A DNA stretch of 64,000 nucleotides from Hormiphora californensis (lineage: Eukaryota > Animalia > Ctenophora). The position numbers and the translations under genes were made by a program. The stretch spans positions 3,906,001 to 3,970,000 of the forward strand of contig CM035360.1 of the NCBI GenBank assembly GCA_020137815.1, read 5' to 3'. Position 1 is the stretch's first letter, and each line of letters starts with the position of its first letter. The notes under the pieces were generated by a model. It had not been told where the DNA came from. It made no database searches and saw nothing but the letters and a program-made list of their open reading frames with translations. Of the stretch, positions 10,898 to 22,553 are shown in pieces.

Positions 10898-11968
10898 CTA
10901 AAACTCCTCAGTTTGTCCATGCTCAAACGTTACAAAACTATCTGACCCAATACCAGCCTTCTCAACTGCCGCCGCCAAATCTTTTCTCGGCGCCAAATAA
11001 TGCTCATAACTGAGTTTAAACGTTCCCCAGTGAATTCCGACCGAGAATTTGCTTCCCAATTCCCTGTGAGCCATCACCGCCTCAGTGGGGTTTACATGTT
11101 GACCTTTCAGGAACTTTCTGGGTTTGTACGCACCGATAGGGATGAGGGAGAGGTCAAAGGGACCTAGATGATGCCCAATTTGGTTGAAAATCCGATCATT
11201 GTAGCCTGTATCCCCAGCAAAATAAACTTTTTTCTCTGGAGTTGAAATTGTCCAACCACCCCAGAGAGAATGATTCCTGTCAAACCCATTTCTCAGAGAC
11301 CAATGCTGTGCAGGAACACATGTGAACTTCACTTTGGTCCCATTTCCAAACTCAACTTCCCTGTCTTCCCACCAGTTCAACTCAAAGACGTTATCCTTTG
11401 TGACCCACCTCGTAAACCAACCCTTCAGGCCCAGCGGAACAAAAAACCGTACATCCGGATTCTTCTTTTTGATGGCCACCACAGAATTATAGTCCAGGTG
11501 ATCGTAGTGGTTGTGACTAATCACCACGGCGTCAACTCGGGGAATTTCGTCAAGAGTCACCCCCGGTGGTCTGTATCGTTTAGTGTTCTGGAAAGGATCG
11601 AATTGTATCATTGCGCAATAGTCGGAGAACATCGGATCAGAAAGCACAAAAACACCCCCTATTTTGATGATACATGAAGCATGGCCGACCCAGGATATGA
11701 GGTTGGGGTATTCCTCACGTGGCAGCTTGTATTTTGATATCTTGTCCAGAGGGAGAGTTTGTTCCAAGTCTTTAGGGTCATCTGGCAAGTTGAGTTCTGA
11801 TTTTGTGAAGGCAAATTTAACCAAATCTACAAATCCGAGGGTTTTGAATTCTGGAAAGGGATTTTGAAAGACGCCATTTTTCCGTTCAATTGTCACCTTG
11901 CCCGGATTAGCAGTAGTAGAAACCACCAAAACTGCCAATAATACTGGCAGTACTCGGTTCCAAACCAT
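10898..11968 (-). CDS. NAPE-PLD-like hydrolase, paralog 2, with predicted signal peptide
   Basis: Same motifs (SHNHYDH and others). Hydrophobic N-terminus MVWNRVLPVLLAVLVVSTTA. Confidence 0.9.
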   Translation of the reverse strand: MVWNRVLPVLLAVLVVSTTANPGKVTIERKNGVFQNPFPEFKTLGFVDLVKFAFTKSELNLPDDPKDLEQTLPLDKISKYKLPREEYPNLISWVGHASCIIKIGGVFVLSDPMFSDYCAMIQFDPFQNTKRYRPPGVTLDEIPRVDAVVISHNHYDHLDYNSVVAIKKKNPDVRFFVPLGLKGWFTRWVTKDNVFELNWWEDREVEFGNGTKVKFTCVPAQHWSLRNGFDRNHSLWGGWTISTPEKKVYFAGDTGYNDRIFNQIGHHLGPFDLSLIPIGAYKPRKFLKGQHVNPTEAVMAHRELGSKFSVGIHWGTFKLSYEHYLAPRKDLAAAVEKAGIGSDSFVTFEHGQTEEF

Positions 11969-12310
11969 AGGATGCTTGCTTCATTGCTGATGTAACATCC
12001 TGAAAGTGATGGGAAGAGTTAAGTTTAAAGTTTGGGAACTGTTTTATCAGGTGGCTCGGGGGATATGGTCACTGCACGGTAAAGGGGGTACTCGTGATTC
12101 GATGTTGAATAATTCAACATGTAAAACGAATAATGAAGGTCATAATGTCAAACACGAAAATAAAATAATCGATAATACAACGTACAAAAATACAGGGTGA
12201 TTAACTATTTTCAATAACTTCAAAAAATATACATTATTTTCTGGCATAAACGACACACTAAAAATTTTAGTCTAAAATGTTCAATTTTTCAGTCCATGTA
12301 AAAGTCCACA

Positions 12311-13327
12311 TTAAAACTCTTCTGTCTGGCCATGTTTAAAAGTAACAAAAGTTGCTGGATCTACCCCTGCCTCCTCTAAAGCCGCTGCCAGATCTAATTT
12401 AGGTGCCATGTAGTGTTCGTAACCAAGTTGAAAAGTTCCCCAATGGATTCCCAGAGAGAGTTTGCTTCTTACCTCCTGGTGCACTTTCACCGCTTCGTTC
12501 GGGTCAACGTGCTGGCATTTAAGATATTTTCTGGGTTTGTAAGCACCAATAGGGATGAGGGAGAGATCAAAGGGACCTAGATGATGCCCAATTTGGTTGA
12601 AAATCCGATCATTGTAGCCTGTATCCCCAGCAAAATAAACCGATTTCTCTGGAGTTGAAATCGTCCAACCAGCCCAGAGAGAATGATTCCTATCAAACCC
12701 ATTTCTCATTGACCAATGCTGTGCTGGAACACACGTAAACTTCACCTTGGTCCCATTCCCAAACTCAACATCCTGATCCTCCCACCAATTTAGCTCACAA
12801 ATATTCTTAGGCTGCACATACTTTCCGAACCATCTACTCAGACCAAGGGGCACAAACCATCTCGCATCAGGGAACTTACGAGTGATCTCGGTAACTGAAT
12901 TGTAGTCCAGGTGATCATAATGATTGTGACTGATAACGACCGCATCCACCCTGTCTATCGCATCCAGGGGTATACCGGGATCTCGGAACCGTTTTGTTTT
13001 CTTACTCAAATCAAACTGGACCATCGAGCAGTGGTTTGAAAATACCGGATCGGTAAGGATGAAGACACCACCCAATTTGAGGAGACATGATGCATGGCCA
13101 ATCCAAGAAACCAAGTTAGGAAGGTCAGGGGAACGAAGTTTCTCCCGAGACTCTGTATCAACCGGAAGTTTTTCATCCAAAATTGACAGGTCTGAAGGAA
13201 GATTTGTACCGTCTGCTTCCCAAAACATAAACTTGGACAACTCAATCGGGGTCATAAACCGAAACTCGGAAAAGGGATTCTGGAAGGCCCATCCTCTTTT
13301 AGAAACCGTCGCCTTGTCCGTTGACAT
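12311..13327 (-). CDS. NAPE-PLD-like hydrolase, paralog 3, no signal peptide
   Basis: FQNPF, WIGHASCL, TDPVFS, SHNHYDH, PAQHWS, AGDTGY and IHWGTF motifs. Confidence 0.9.
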   Translation of the reverse strand: MSTDKATVSKRGWAFQNPFSEFRFMTPIELSKFMFWEADGTNLPSDLSILDEKLPVDTESREKLRSPDLPNLVSWIGHASCLLKLGGVFILTDPVFSNHCSMVQFDLSKKTKRFRDPGIPLDAIDRVDAVVISHNHYDHLDYNSVTEITRKFPDARWFVPLGLSRWFGKYVQPKNICELNWWEDQDVEFGNGTKVKFTCVPAQHWSMRNGFDRNHSLWAGWTISTPEKSVYFAGDTGYNDRIFNQIGHHLGPFDLSLIPIGAYKPRKYLKCQHVDPNEAVKVHQEVRSKLSLGIHWGTFQLGYEHYMAPKLDLAAALEEAGVDPATFVTFKHGQTEEF

Positions 13328-15193
13328 ATTTCTGACCTAATGGAGGAGGGGTGGATTAAGATGGGTTCTGGTGGGAGACTCGCGAACTCTAAACATTTTG
13401 CTGTCAAGTGCATAATTACAGTCTTTTGCGTGAATATGTATAGTCTTTCGGCGTAAATACATAGTGGATATAATGCTCTGAGCTAGAGTGCACTATGCTC
13501 CTATAACACCCTAAGCGATAGCGATAATGTTATAGGATATATCGCTCATGATCTGAGTACATATTGTTCAAACAAGGAGGGTCGAACAAGGCAAAGTGCA
13601 TAAATATTGCAAAACCTTGCCTTGTTCGACCCTCCTTCCCTGCGCCCCGTGACGGAAGAAATAAAATAAAAAATTTGAACAAAACAAGCAAAACCATAAC
13701 CGGCTGTGCAAGATTTTCATTTTTCAAAGTAGCAATTTATAACAACCCAACAGACTTTATTGCACTATGAGAGATCATAATTTCGATCTTTCAGCACTCT
13801 ATTATGTTCTCCCTCGCAGACTTTCTGGCTCCTCTGTTACCACTGTTTGGATGTTGCACACTTGCACACTCAGTGTGTTTGCCTCTTTTTGTTGTGATAC
13901 TTACTCAAACAAAACAGCTACAAACTCACCTAGTGCCAACATATAACTCGTGTTTTCCTTGGTTACAAATTCACGTGAATGGAGGTGAATTCACCTCCAT
14001 AACACACTTTTGCTGTCGATACACACGCGGCTCTCAAAACTTGCACTGACGGGCTATTATATATAATATTCATTATTCACCTGAGCATTGTTTTCATATA
14101 AGCATTGTTTTGAGCCAAGCTTGCTTTGTTATTTTACTGCTATTTCCGCATATATAATTATACCGTGGATATGTTGCATGACTTATCCCTGTGCTGTGAG
14201 GATTGACCACTACACGACAGTGCCACGTTCATATATTATGATTATCCAGCATAATTATGAATATATATGGCAATGGTATGAGTCCTATGAGAGATTGGAA
14301 AGGGTAACTTGGAAAATGATTGATCTAAAATGATGATCTAACCTAGATAATAATATTCAAATTTACACTTTCTATCTCAATTAAAAGACGAATGAACGAT
14401 TGCCGTAGCCATTAGTATTGTTAGTACGTGTCTGCTTCTTTACATAAAATATATTATGTGCTATGAAACATAAAATATATGCTATGAAACAAGCTAAGGC
14501 ATCTTGACTGCTTTTTCCAAATTGCTTTGAAGTCATCCATTCTTTAGTGTTGGCCGTTGGGTCGATCAGAGCAAACTATTTGGATGTGTGATTCTTCTTG
14601 TACTAAATATATGCAAAGTATTACCAGGTATAGAATTTCCGGTATAGCTAAACTGATTCTACTGGTACTGCTAACTTTTCTCAAGCATTTTCCGGTTCAC
14701 ACCAAGTTTTTTGCAGATCTGGGTTTGTTCACATTAGTTAAATTTGTGCTCTAACTTCTCAATTCAGACCACATTTTTCCTACTTAGTTCTTAGTCGTGA
14801 ACTCCTTATATTCTTTTGTGTGATTCTCATAAAATGAACCAAGAATAGTGAGCTTTGAAAAAAGTCCTGCTGCATAATTCACACAGCAGGTCATGGCTCA
14901 TGCTGCCCTTGAAATATCCCACCTCTCTAAGTTGCTCTGGTTTACATGCAAATCAAGGATCCTTTGTTTCCCAATTTAGAATTTCGTGTGGTAAAGTCGG
15001 CTGTCAGATCATCAATGCTAAATTGTCGACCCAAAAAGGATATTTTCTCATTAAGAAGTAGGCTCGAAGTTAATCTTACTATTTCCTAACTATTAATTTA
15101 CTTCCCTTTTAATAAGAGAGAGAAAGTGAGAGAGGGAGGAAGATAAAGAGCGAAAAGGAGAGAGAACAAGAGAGCATCTTTTTAAGTACTTAA

Positions 15194-16583
15194 GGGTACG
15201 CTAACCAAAAATTTTTTTCGAGTGCAGGGAAATCTCTCACCGTAGGGTTGAAGGCCATACCAAGGAGACCTCAAATATGCAATTTTAGCCCTTAAGTCGA
15301 ATTCATATTTTTGCTACAGCTGTTTAAAAAATGTCCTGAAAATACGTTTTTGGCATCTCAAAAATTTTTTTTCAAAGATAGGAGCATGACAATTTGGGGA
15401 TTTGAAGAGGACATGAAGGTGAATAACCACAAAAAATTTTTTTGCAATCCGAGCTGATTTCCGGTCCTGAGATGGATTTCTTTTTTTCCACTTTAACGCC
15501 CTATTTGGCAAAGTTCCGAAAACATGTGAAAGCTGTAAATTGGTGAAAAGTTGCGTCTAACGATTATCTAAGTGGCCATAAATTTTGGGCGTGTCCTTAT
15601 TTGAGATAAGCTGTACGGAGTTTTTTTTGTGAAAGCCGTCATTTCAGAAATAAATAAATTCCCTGTATCTCAAAAACGGCTGATCGTAGAGACCTGAGAC
15701 TATGCTTAAACGATTCAGAAGGTCCGATTTTGGGGGGGTCTTCTGAGAGACATTTTGCTCCTACTTCAACCGTTTTTGCTGTAATTGCGAAAAACAATAA
15801 CCCATCTTCGCCATCGTGGATTTTTTGTGATTTTGTTTTTGATGATTATAGGGACCCATATGGACCAAATAGTGAAGGAATTAGCTTGTTAAACATTTGT
15901 CCATAGTTTCGGTCCTTTCTTAGCTAAAATTCCCTAATTACAGGATATTGGAGTTTAGCTTTTGCCCTTTTCATAGAATTTGCTTTTCGCAATTACAGCA
16001 AAAACGGTTGAAGTAGGAGCAAAATGTCTCTCAGAAGACCCCCCCAAAATCGGACCTTCTGAATCGTTTAAGCATAGTCTCAGGTCTCTACGATCAGCCG
16101 TTTTTGAGATACAGGGAATTTATTTATTTCTGAAATGACGGCTTTCACAAAAAAAATTCTGTACAGCTTATCTCAAATAAGGACACGCCCAAAATTTATG
16201 GCCACTTAGATAATCGTTAGACGCAACTTTTCACCAATTTACAGCTTTCACATGTTTTCGGAACTTTGCCAAATAGGGCGTTAAAGTGGAAAAAAAGAAA
16301 TCCATCTCAGGACCGGAAATCAGCTCGGATTGCAAAAAAAATTTTTGTGGTTATTCACCTTCATGTCCTCTTCAAATCCCCAAATTTTCATGCTCCTATC
16401 TTTGAAAAAAAATTTTTGAGATGCCAAAAACTTATTTTCAGTTCATTTTTCAAGCAGCTGTAGCAAAAATATGAATTCGACTTGAGAGCTCAAATTGCAT
16501 ATTTGAGGTCTCCTTGGCATGGCCTACAACCCTACGGTGAGAGATTTCCCTGCACTCGAAAAAAATTTTTGGTTAGCGTACCC
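15194..16583. mobile_element. Non-autonomous foldback element with ~600-bp inverted arms, Kolobok-like
   Basis: TTAA at 15190-93 and 16584-87, termini GGGTACGCTAACC / GGTTAGCGTACCC. Arms about 15194-15794 and 15984-16583 are nearly identical, giving mirror ORFs at 15314 and 16266. TTAA duplication plus purine-purine start fits Kolobok. Confidence 0.88.
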
Positions 16584-16818
16584 TTAAATACTCCATACAT
16601 TCCTGCCTCAATATGTGATCCTAAAGATAGGTGCCTCTTTCTCTAACTCTCACATTGATCACCCTTTGTTTTGATGCATAATATGCCGTGCCATGTATTT
16701 CTAAATGTAGGCTAGAGTTTTACTGACTACAGTGTAGTATTACTACAATAGGCGTTGTACTGCCTGTCCGTTAATTTGGGACTAACTTACTGTAAAGTTA
16801 GACTGATTGTGTTATTAT

Positions 16819-16927
16819 CAGGAACCGACCGAGTTAAGTAAACAGCCAATCAGAACTCGTTATTTAGGTCACGTGACTGGTTATCAGCCAATCAGGGACC
16901 AGTATTTCCTGATTCGGTCGGTTCCTG
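16819..16927. mobile_element. 109-bp hAT-like MITE
   Basis: TIR CAGGAACCGACCGA / TCGGTCGGTTCCTG, with 8-bp target-site duplication GTTATTAT on both sides. Confidence 0.9.
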
Positions 16928-17424
16928 GTTATTATATTCAATTGTTGTGACTTGTGGCATGTAGCATAACGAAGTTTACCGAAATCTCTTTCTCGCTATA
17001 TTTCCGTAAATTGCTCTCTCCGGTCTATGACAATATCTACTTCTTAATTTGTTTCTCTCTCTCACTCTGCAACAAATAATAAGACATGGTTGTAGAAAAG
17101 TTACTATCCTGTACGTGGTGTGATATCCTGGTTTCAGTCGAATAATCGACTCATTATACGAGATTAGAAGAGATGGAAGGGAAAGAGTGAGAATAATTAG
17201 CGGCAAGTTTATCCCAATCAAGATGGTTATATCACCATTCACCATGGCCATAGTTTACTAAATTGCAAGATTCTCGAATAATTTTGCCTTGTTTTCATCA
17301 AATTGCATACTAGTTTTGCTTGAACATTCGATGAATACACAAACAGAATCGCTTGCCAGAGCTAGAGACGAGTGACCCCTTTTTGAAACAAAAAGTCAGT
17401 GCGTTTTCTTTAACACCATCAGTC

Positions 17425-19860
17425 ATGTCAGAGTCCCGGGAGCTGATGAAAGATAACAAAGTGCACGCTGATCCCGGGGAGGACGGCGATGAAATAACCG
17501 AGGCAGCAGATATGAAACAGGAACCGGAAGAGGATGAACTGTTTCTGACAAAAACGCAAAGGGATAAAAAGAAGCTATACTGTTACGGATTTATATCGAG
17601 GTAAAGAGGACAGGGAAAAAGCAGAAATTCTCTGTCATGAGAAGGATGGTGATGGTGACCTCGATTTGGATTGTACATGAAAAACACAGTGGTCGCCATC
17701 ATTCTTATTCTAATGCGCCTCATTCTCATCATGTGCTTTTTGGCCCCTCCAATCTCTCGTTTCTCTGTCATCGGAATTTACATGATCTAATCCACCCCTT
17801 TCTAGGCACACAATAAAAGTGATATGGGGCACGATCGTTGTAACTTTAATCAACTTTGGCTATTTTACTGGAGGGTACTATGGGTTTGCATACTTTCAAA
17901 CACAATACTTTGGTAAGAGGTTTCACAAAAAAAATTGGTCGCTAGATTATATATAAGACTGTAGCATGAGTCAGGGCACATTCAAATCTAAGTAACTACA
18001 TTGACAGACTTCAACAAAGGATCACGAACAGAAGTGTCGCATGATGTGCGTCCCCCATTATGTTAGCCAACTATAAACACTCGTATTTTTTCACACACAG
18101 AGAAAAATTTGATACAGCTTCACGTACAACATCTTGTGTTTCTGATGTGCCAACTATGCATTCATGACATAATTAATTTCAGAAGAAGTAAAACGGTCAA
18201 AAAACATTAACTCCATTTCAGAGGAGCTAGCGAACAAGACAGTAAAGTTGCTGGAGATCCAAGAAGATATCATGGACAGATACCCCGAACTTGAGGATGA
18301 GAAAAAGATGGAGAACGTAACAAAAGCATTGGAACTCCTCTGTTACATCCAAACTTACCCAAGGCACAGGTGGAGCTTTTGGGCTGCTTTCGACTTCTGT
18401 GTCTCAGTTATCACGACAGTAGGTGAGAATCTCACCGTGAGATAACATTACACGGGCACGGGGCAGAGAGAAGGAAGCAGCTGGATGCAAAATGAGTTAT
18501 GTGACTTTCGTTTACTTTCGCCTTTCGGGGAAATTGAGTTTTCTATCATTTTCGTAGAGTTTTCTAGCTTAGCATACACTGTACAGATGTATCCAAATAT
18601 TTCAAGTTGCAATTATAACATCTTTTCTCCCAGGATACGGTAACCTACACCCCACCACATGGTATAGCAAGGCATTGTGCCTTCTTTACTCAATGGCGGG
18701 TCTACCACTTTACATTCTCATGCTTGGTGCAGCAGGTTCGTTATCTCACACTGTTCTTAGCTAAATATAGAACAGGCAATAATGCTGTAATAATTAGGGA
18801 GTGAAATGTGGATAATTCTGAAACAAAATGTGTCTTAATCTAAATCTAATAGATCTACAGAAGGAATTTTGCCCGAATAACTAACCCCGGAATATTTTCA
18901 GGAAAGTACATAGTAGGAATGTTAGAGTACATGAATGATAAAAGTCAGGCGGTAAAAAGATTTTGTACTCATCCCTACACTGAATTGATCATTGCCTACT
19001 TGAATATATCAGTAGTTATGGGTCTCTTCCTTTTCGGTTACTCATGTAAGTGTAAAAAAGAAAGAAAGGTAAATGCAGTTTCATTAAAACCCTAAATTTA
19101 TGATGTAAGTGTAAATAATGTATCGCGTGACTATTTTTGAGTCTCATGGGGATAATAGTTTGTGGGACAAATGGAGAGTCGTCAATTAAGTGCAGTGTCA
19201 CTGACCCCCTTAGTTTTGAACATGTATGCGAGAATGCTAAGTGAAGCTTTTCCTCTCTAGCTGAGTGCTACCTCGGCTACTAATATTAACTCAAATGACA
19301 CTTCAAAATTCCACCAGATTTCGGGTACGATGCCTCACGGGGAATGAAGCTGTTTCCCAACGCAACAGACGTCATTTCCCTTCCCGGTTATGGGTACAAC
19401 TACACCTTTAACCGGATTAACGACTACGGCTCCAATTGGACCAAGACGGAGAGTGTGTATTATTCAATGATCTCACTCACGACTATTGGATTCGGAGACT
19501 ATTACTTGGGAAACCCTGAAACTCCAAAACAGGTAGGACAACTGTCTATAATACCGGTTACCCGTTTTGTTATGTTGTTTCTCCCTGTCGACAAACATGT
19601 ATTGTGGTGCGTTTGGACCTTTTCACAATAACAACAACATATCCAATATAACCCCTTAATTTCAGGCTGCAATGTTGTTCCTTTCCATCTCCTTTGGGTT
19701 TGCACTTTTCTCCTACGCCTTCCAGACCTACGCCAAACTCTCCGAGAAGACGATGCTGTATCTCAAGAACAAGACTGGAAAACTGACGGCCGCAGCGGCT
19801 AATGCAGCACAGGGAGAGCTTATGAATATGGTAGACAAAATGCCTGGATCCGAGGTGTAA
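17425..19860 (+). CDS. Two-pore-domain potassium channel (K2P/KCNK family), about 7 exons
   Basis: Exons at about 17425-17600, 17806-17912, 18221-18422, 18634-18735, 18902-19046, 19318-19531 and 19666-19860. Pore 1 WSFWAAFDFCVSVITTVG|YGNLHP and pore 2 ESVYYSMISLTTIGFGDY, with four hydrophobic segments. Confidence 0.9.
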
Positions 19861-20264
19861 CCAAGACTGTAGAATGAATCTGCTTCCTGTTTGACTGATG
19901 ACCATTTCAAAACTGTAATCAATTTAGTATCTCTATGTGGCGATAACGGTACATTCTTTTATAGAAGACATTATCCAACTTATTAATTCAAAATGTGGCT
20001 GATAAAACGAAACAGAACTACTACATATTGTCAATAGGTATGATTTATCAATAAAACATGTCGAAGGACCAAGCCGTTAAATTCATTGGAGTTATATTTT
20101 CACTTCATAATTATAATATTTTCGAAGGAATTTAAAATGTTTACCTCCGTCCATGCTCTCCCTATCTCTAGGCCTTAGTGCAGTGTTTTCAACACAATTG
20201 CAATTATAATATGTTTACAGGTGTGGGCTACCGAAAAGAGACTCAGTACACTTTAGACCTAGTT

Positions 20265-20580
20265 TTGGGCGCCGTTACGATCTGGGTGTTTGGTGGCCTG
20301 TTTACAGATGCACGCTGCCAAAAAGTTGATTCACCAAAACGGCTCTAACCGCCGAACCACTCAACCGTTTTGACTAATTCAAAGTTTAGCTGGTAGGAAA
20401 TGTCAAGGCCTAACCCCAACCCAAACCTCAACCCTAACCCTACTTTAGCGCTAACCCTAAAAAATCGTTTGTCAGCAGTCAGCACTCATGAAACACCCAG
20501 ATTTTAACGCTGGCCGTAACTGATAGAGAATCGATAGCCCTAACCGATAACACCAAACCAAACCATAACCAGACCCTAAC
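20265..20580. repeat. Repeat scaffold with short internal inverted repeat and degenerate (CCCTAA)n motifs
   Basis: CGTTACGATCTGGGTGTTT (~20273) is inverted to AAACACCCAGATTTTAACG (~20491). Homologous inverted pieces lie at about 21826-21895, 22321-22392, 23197-23220 and 23263-23300. Confidence 0.7.
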
Positions 20581-20657
20581 AACAGTCCAAAATCTAAAAA
20601 CAATAAATTAATTAATTCACGGTCTTGATAATTCTTTTTATCCTCTTCTTATTCACT

Positions 20658-21470
20658 TCACGTAACAAGCTCAGTGCAGGCTAGGTTGGCGATGGCGATC
20701 TTCCTCCGATTTCCTCTCAAGGCTATGAGGCATGTTCTCAGTAATGAGAACCGTAACCTCGTTCTGAGGTGAGCCATCACTTCAGCGTATGGTTCTCCTG
20801 TTCTTGTTGAGATTCGGGATGAGAGTGTCTTCAAGACTTTGTGAAACTCATTAGCTATCCCACCCGCTGTGTTCATGACCAATGGAGAAAATGTCCCTCC
20901 TTCAACTTCTCGAACCCGTTTACCGTATGATTGCTTTTTGCTTGACTCATTCCTTCGGTATAGTTGATCAATGGGCGTGTTGATATGGGACGGTGCATTG
21001 GCATGGAAGACTCTCACATCCATGTGGGCAAGTTGCGATTTACGCCACAGGTCTAGTGCAACCACATCCATTCGTGCGTCAGGAGCAGTGTTTGCCGATG
21101 GGTGAAACTGGATACCGTCTGGACATGGTTGCAGAAGCTTTTCGGTTTCAACAGCTTTGAGGCCAGCATAGGAACAAATCTCAGCCATAAGGTCTCTGAT
21201 ATTATCGTGTCTGAGAATTGTATAACCGCCCTTAGCACATGACATGGTGTGATCGGTATCATTAGGCTTACCACAAGCACATGTTGAGCCTAGATCTTTC
21301 GCTTCAAATCCATATCGTAGAGCTATTGAGTCAACAAATTCTAACTGGTTAAGCTCAAAGCCCAAATGGGGGTAAGGCCTGGTCGTAAGCCATCCAGATG
21401 CACCAGATTCTCCTGCAAGGTCAAGACATCTCACTAGTTTCGGGCATGATATCCTGGTCAGCAACTCCAA
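20658..21470 (-). mobile_element. CRE-clade-like non-LTR retrotransposon 3' portion (zinc knuckle plus REL endonuclease), no RT
   Basis: SGWL..P, ALRYG, CACG..DHTMSC (CCHC), RHDNIRD, ARMDV, MDVRV, ESSKKQSY and FSPLVMNTAGG motifs. Open for 270 codons. Confidence 0.82.
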
Positions 21471-22553
21471 AATCTGATTTTAACGTTTTCCAATCTTGGT
21501 GATCTTGCAGTTTCGCGAAATTTCGGCAGCTGTGTGCGTTTCGGCGCGGCTTTTTTTCAAGAAAATGTTGAATTGTGTGCTGCATATTCGACTGACATGA
21601 GCGCCGCGGCTGAAAAAAGAGCCAAAAACGCTGCAAAAAGGGAGCCGCGCAGTCTCTTTTTAAAAAGGTCAAACATCAAAATCTGGAAAACGCGTTTTTT
21701 AAACGGTAAATATGTTTTTTTGTTGGAATGCGCTGCAGCCCCCTCATGCGCGCAACGTATGCCAAGTTTTTTTGAGTGTCAGCACTCATGGTTTCTTGGG
21801 GTTCGGGATACTGGATAGGCCTGGGGTTAGGGCTGGGGTTAGGGCTTGAAATTTTGAATCAGATAGATTATGAATTAGCCAAAACGGTTGAGTGATCTCA
21901 ATTCTCCGATCTCGGGGTTAGGGAAAAAAAAGAAATATAAATTCCAACCTGTCTCACAATCACAGAAGTCCTACAATCAGTCGGAAGTACCACAACTCGT
22001 TCATCTGTAGAAAGACTCGACTATAGAACACACTACCCAGTGAAACGAGTTTCGCGGAAGACCTACGTTCTACCGTTGTTCAACTTGAACTTGAGGATTG
22101 GATCAGGATGAAGTCTGAAGAGATTTGCGGATCGCCCACCGGTACTCACATTTCACAACGCCCACCGGTACTCACATTTCACAACTCAATATCCATATCA
22201 AAACAGCAACTCAATCTTGAACTCGATATGAATAGTTTCCAGGGAGGAGGAGGAGGCTCTGTGAAGAACTGATACCCGTGTAGATCATACACGAAGACGG
22301 TAACAAGATAACAAGATAGTTTGGTGGCTAGAGCCATTTTAGTGCTGAAGGTACTTTTTAGCAGGAAGTACCTGTAAACAGGCCTTTAAACACGTAATCG
22401 TAATCTGGGTGTTGCGTTGGATTCGTCTCGAAAAGGTGATTCAGAATAGCTCCGTTCTCCTAGGGGGTTCCAGACCACAGTTTTTTTTGGAAAAGAGGTT
22501 TAAAATTATACCGATAACAATCAAATTATATATAAACACACTGTGGTAATAAA

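Noticed and set aside
15314-16463. Mirror-image 65-aa ORFs MPNRALKWKK...
   Set aside because: By-product of the foldback arms, with non-ATG starts and no domain.
20400-20460. Telomere or chromosome end
   Set aside because: The repeats are short, degenerate and interstitial within a repeat scaffold.
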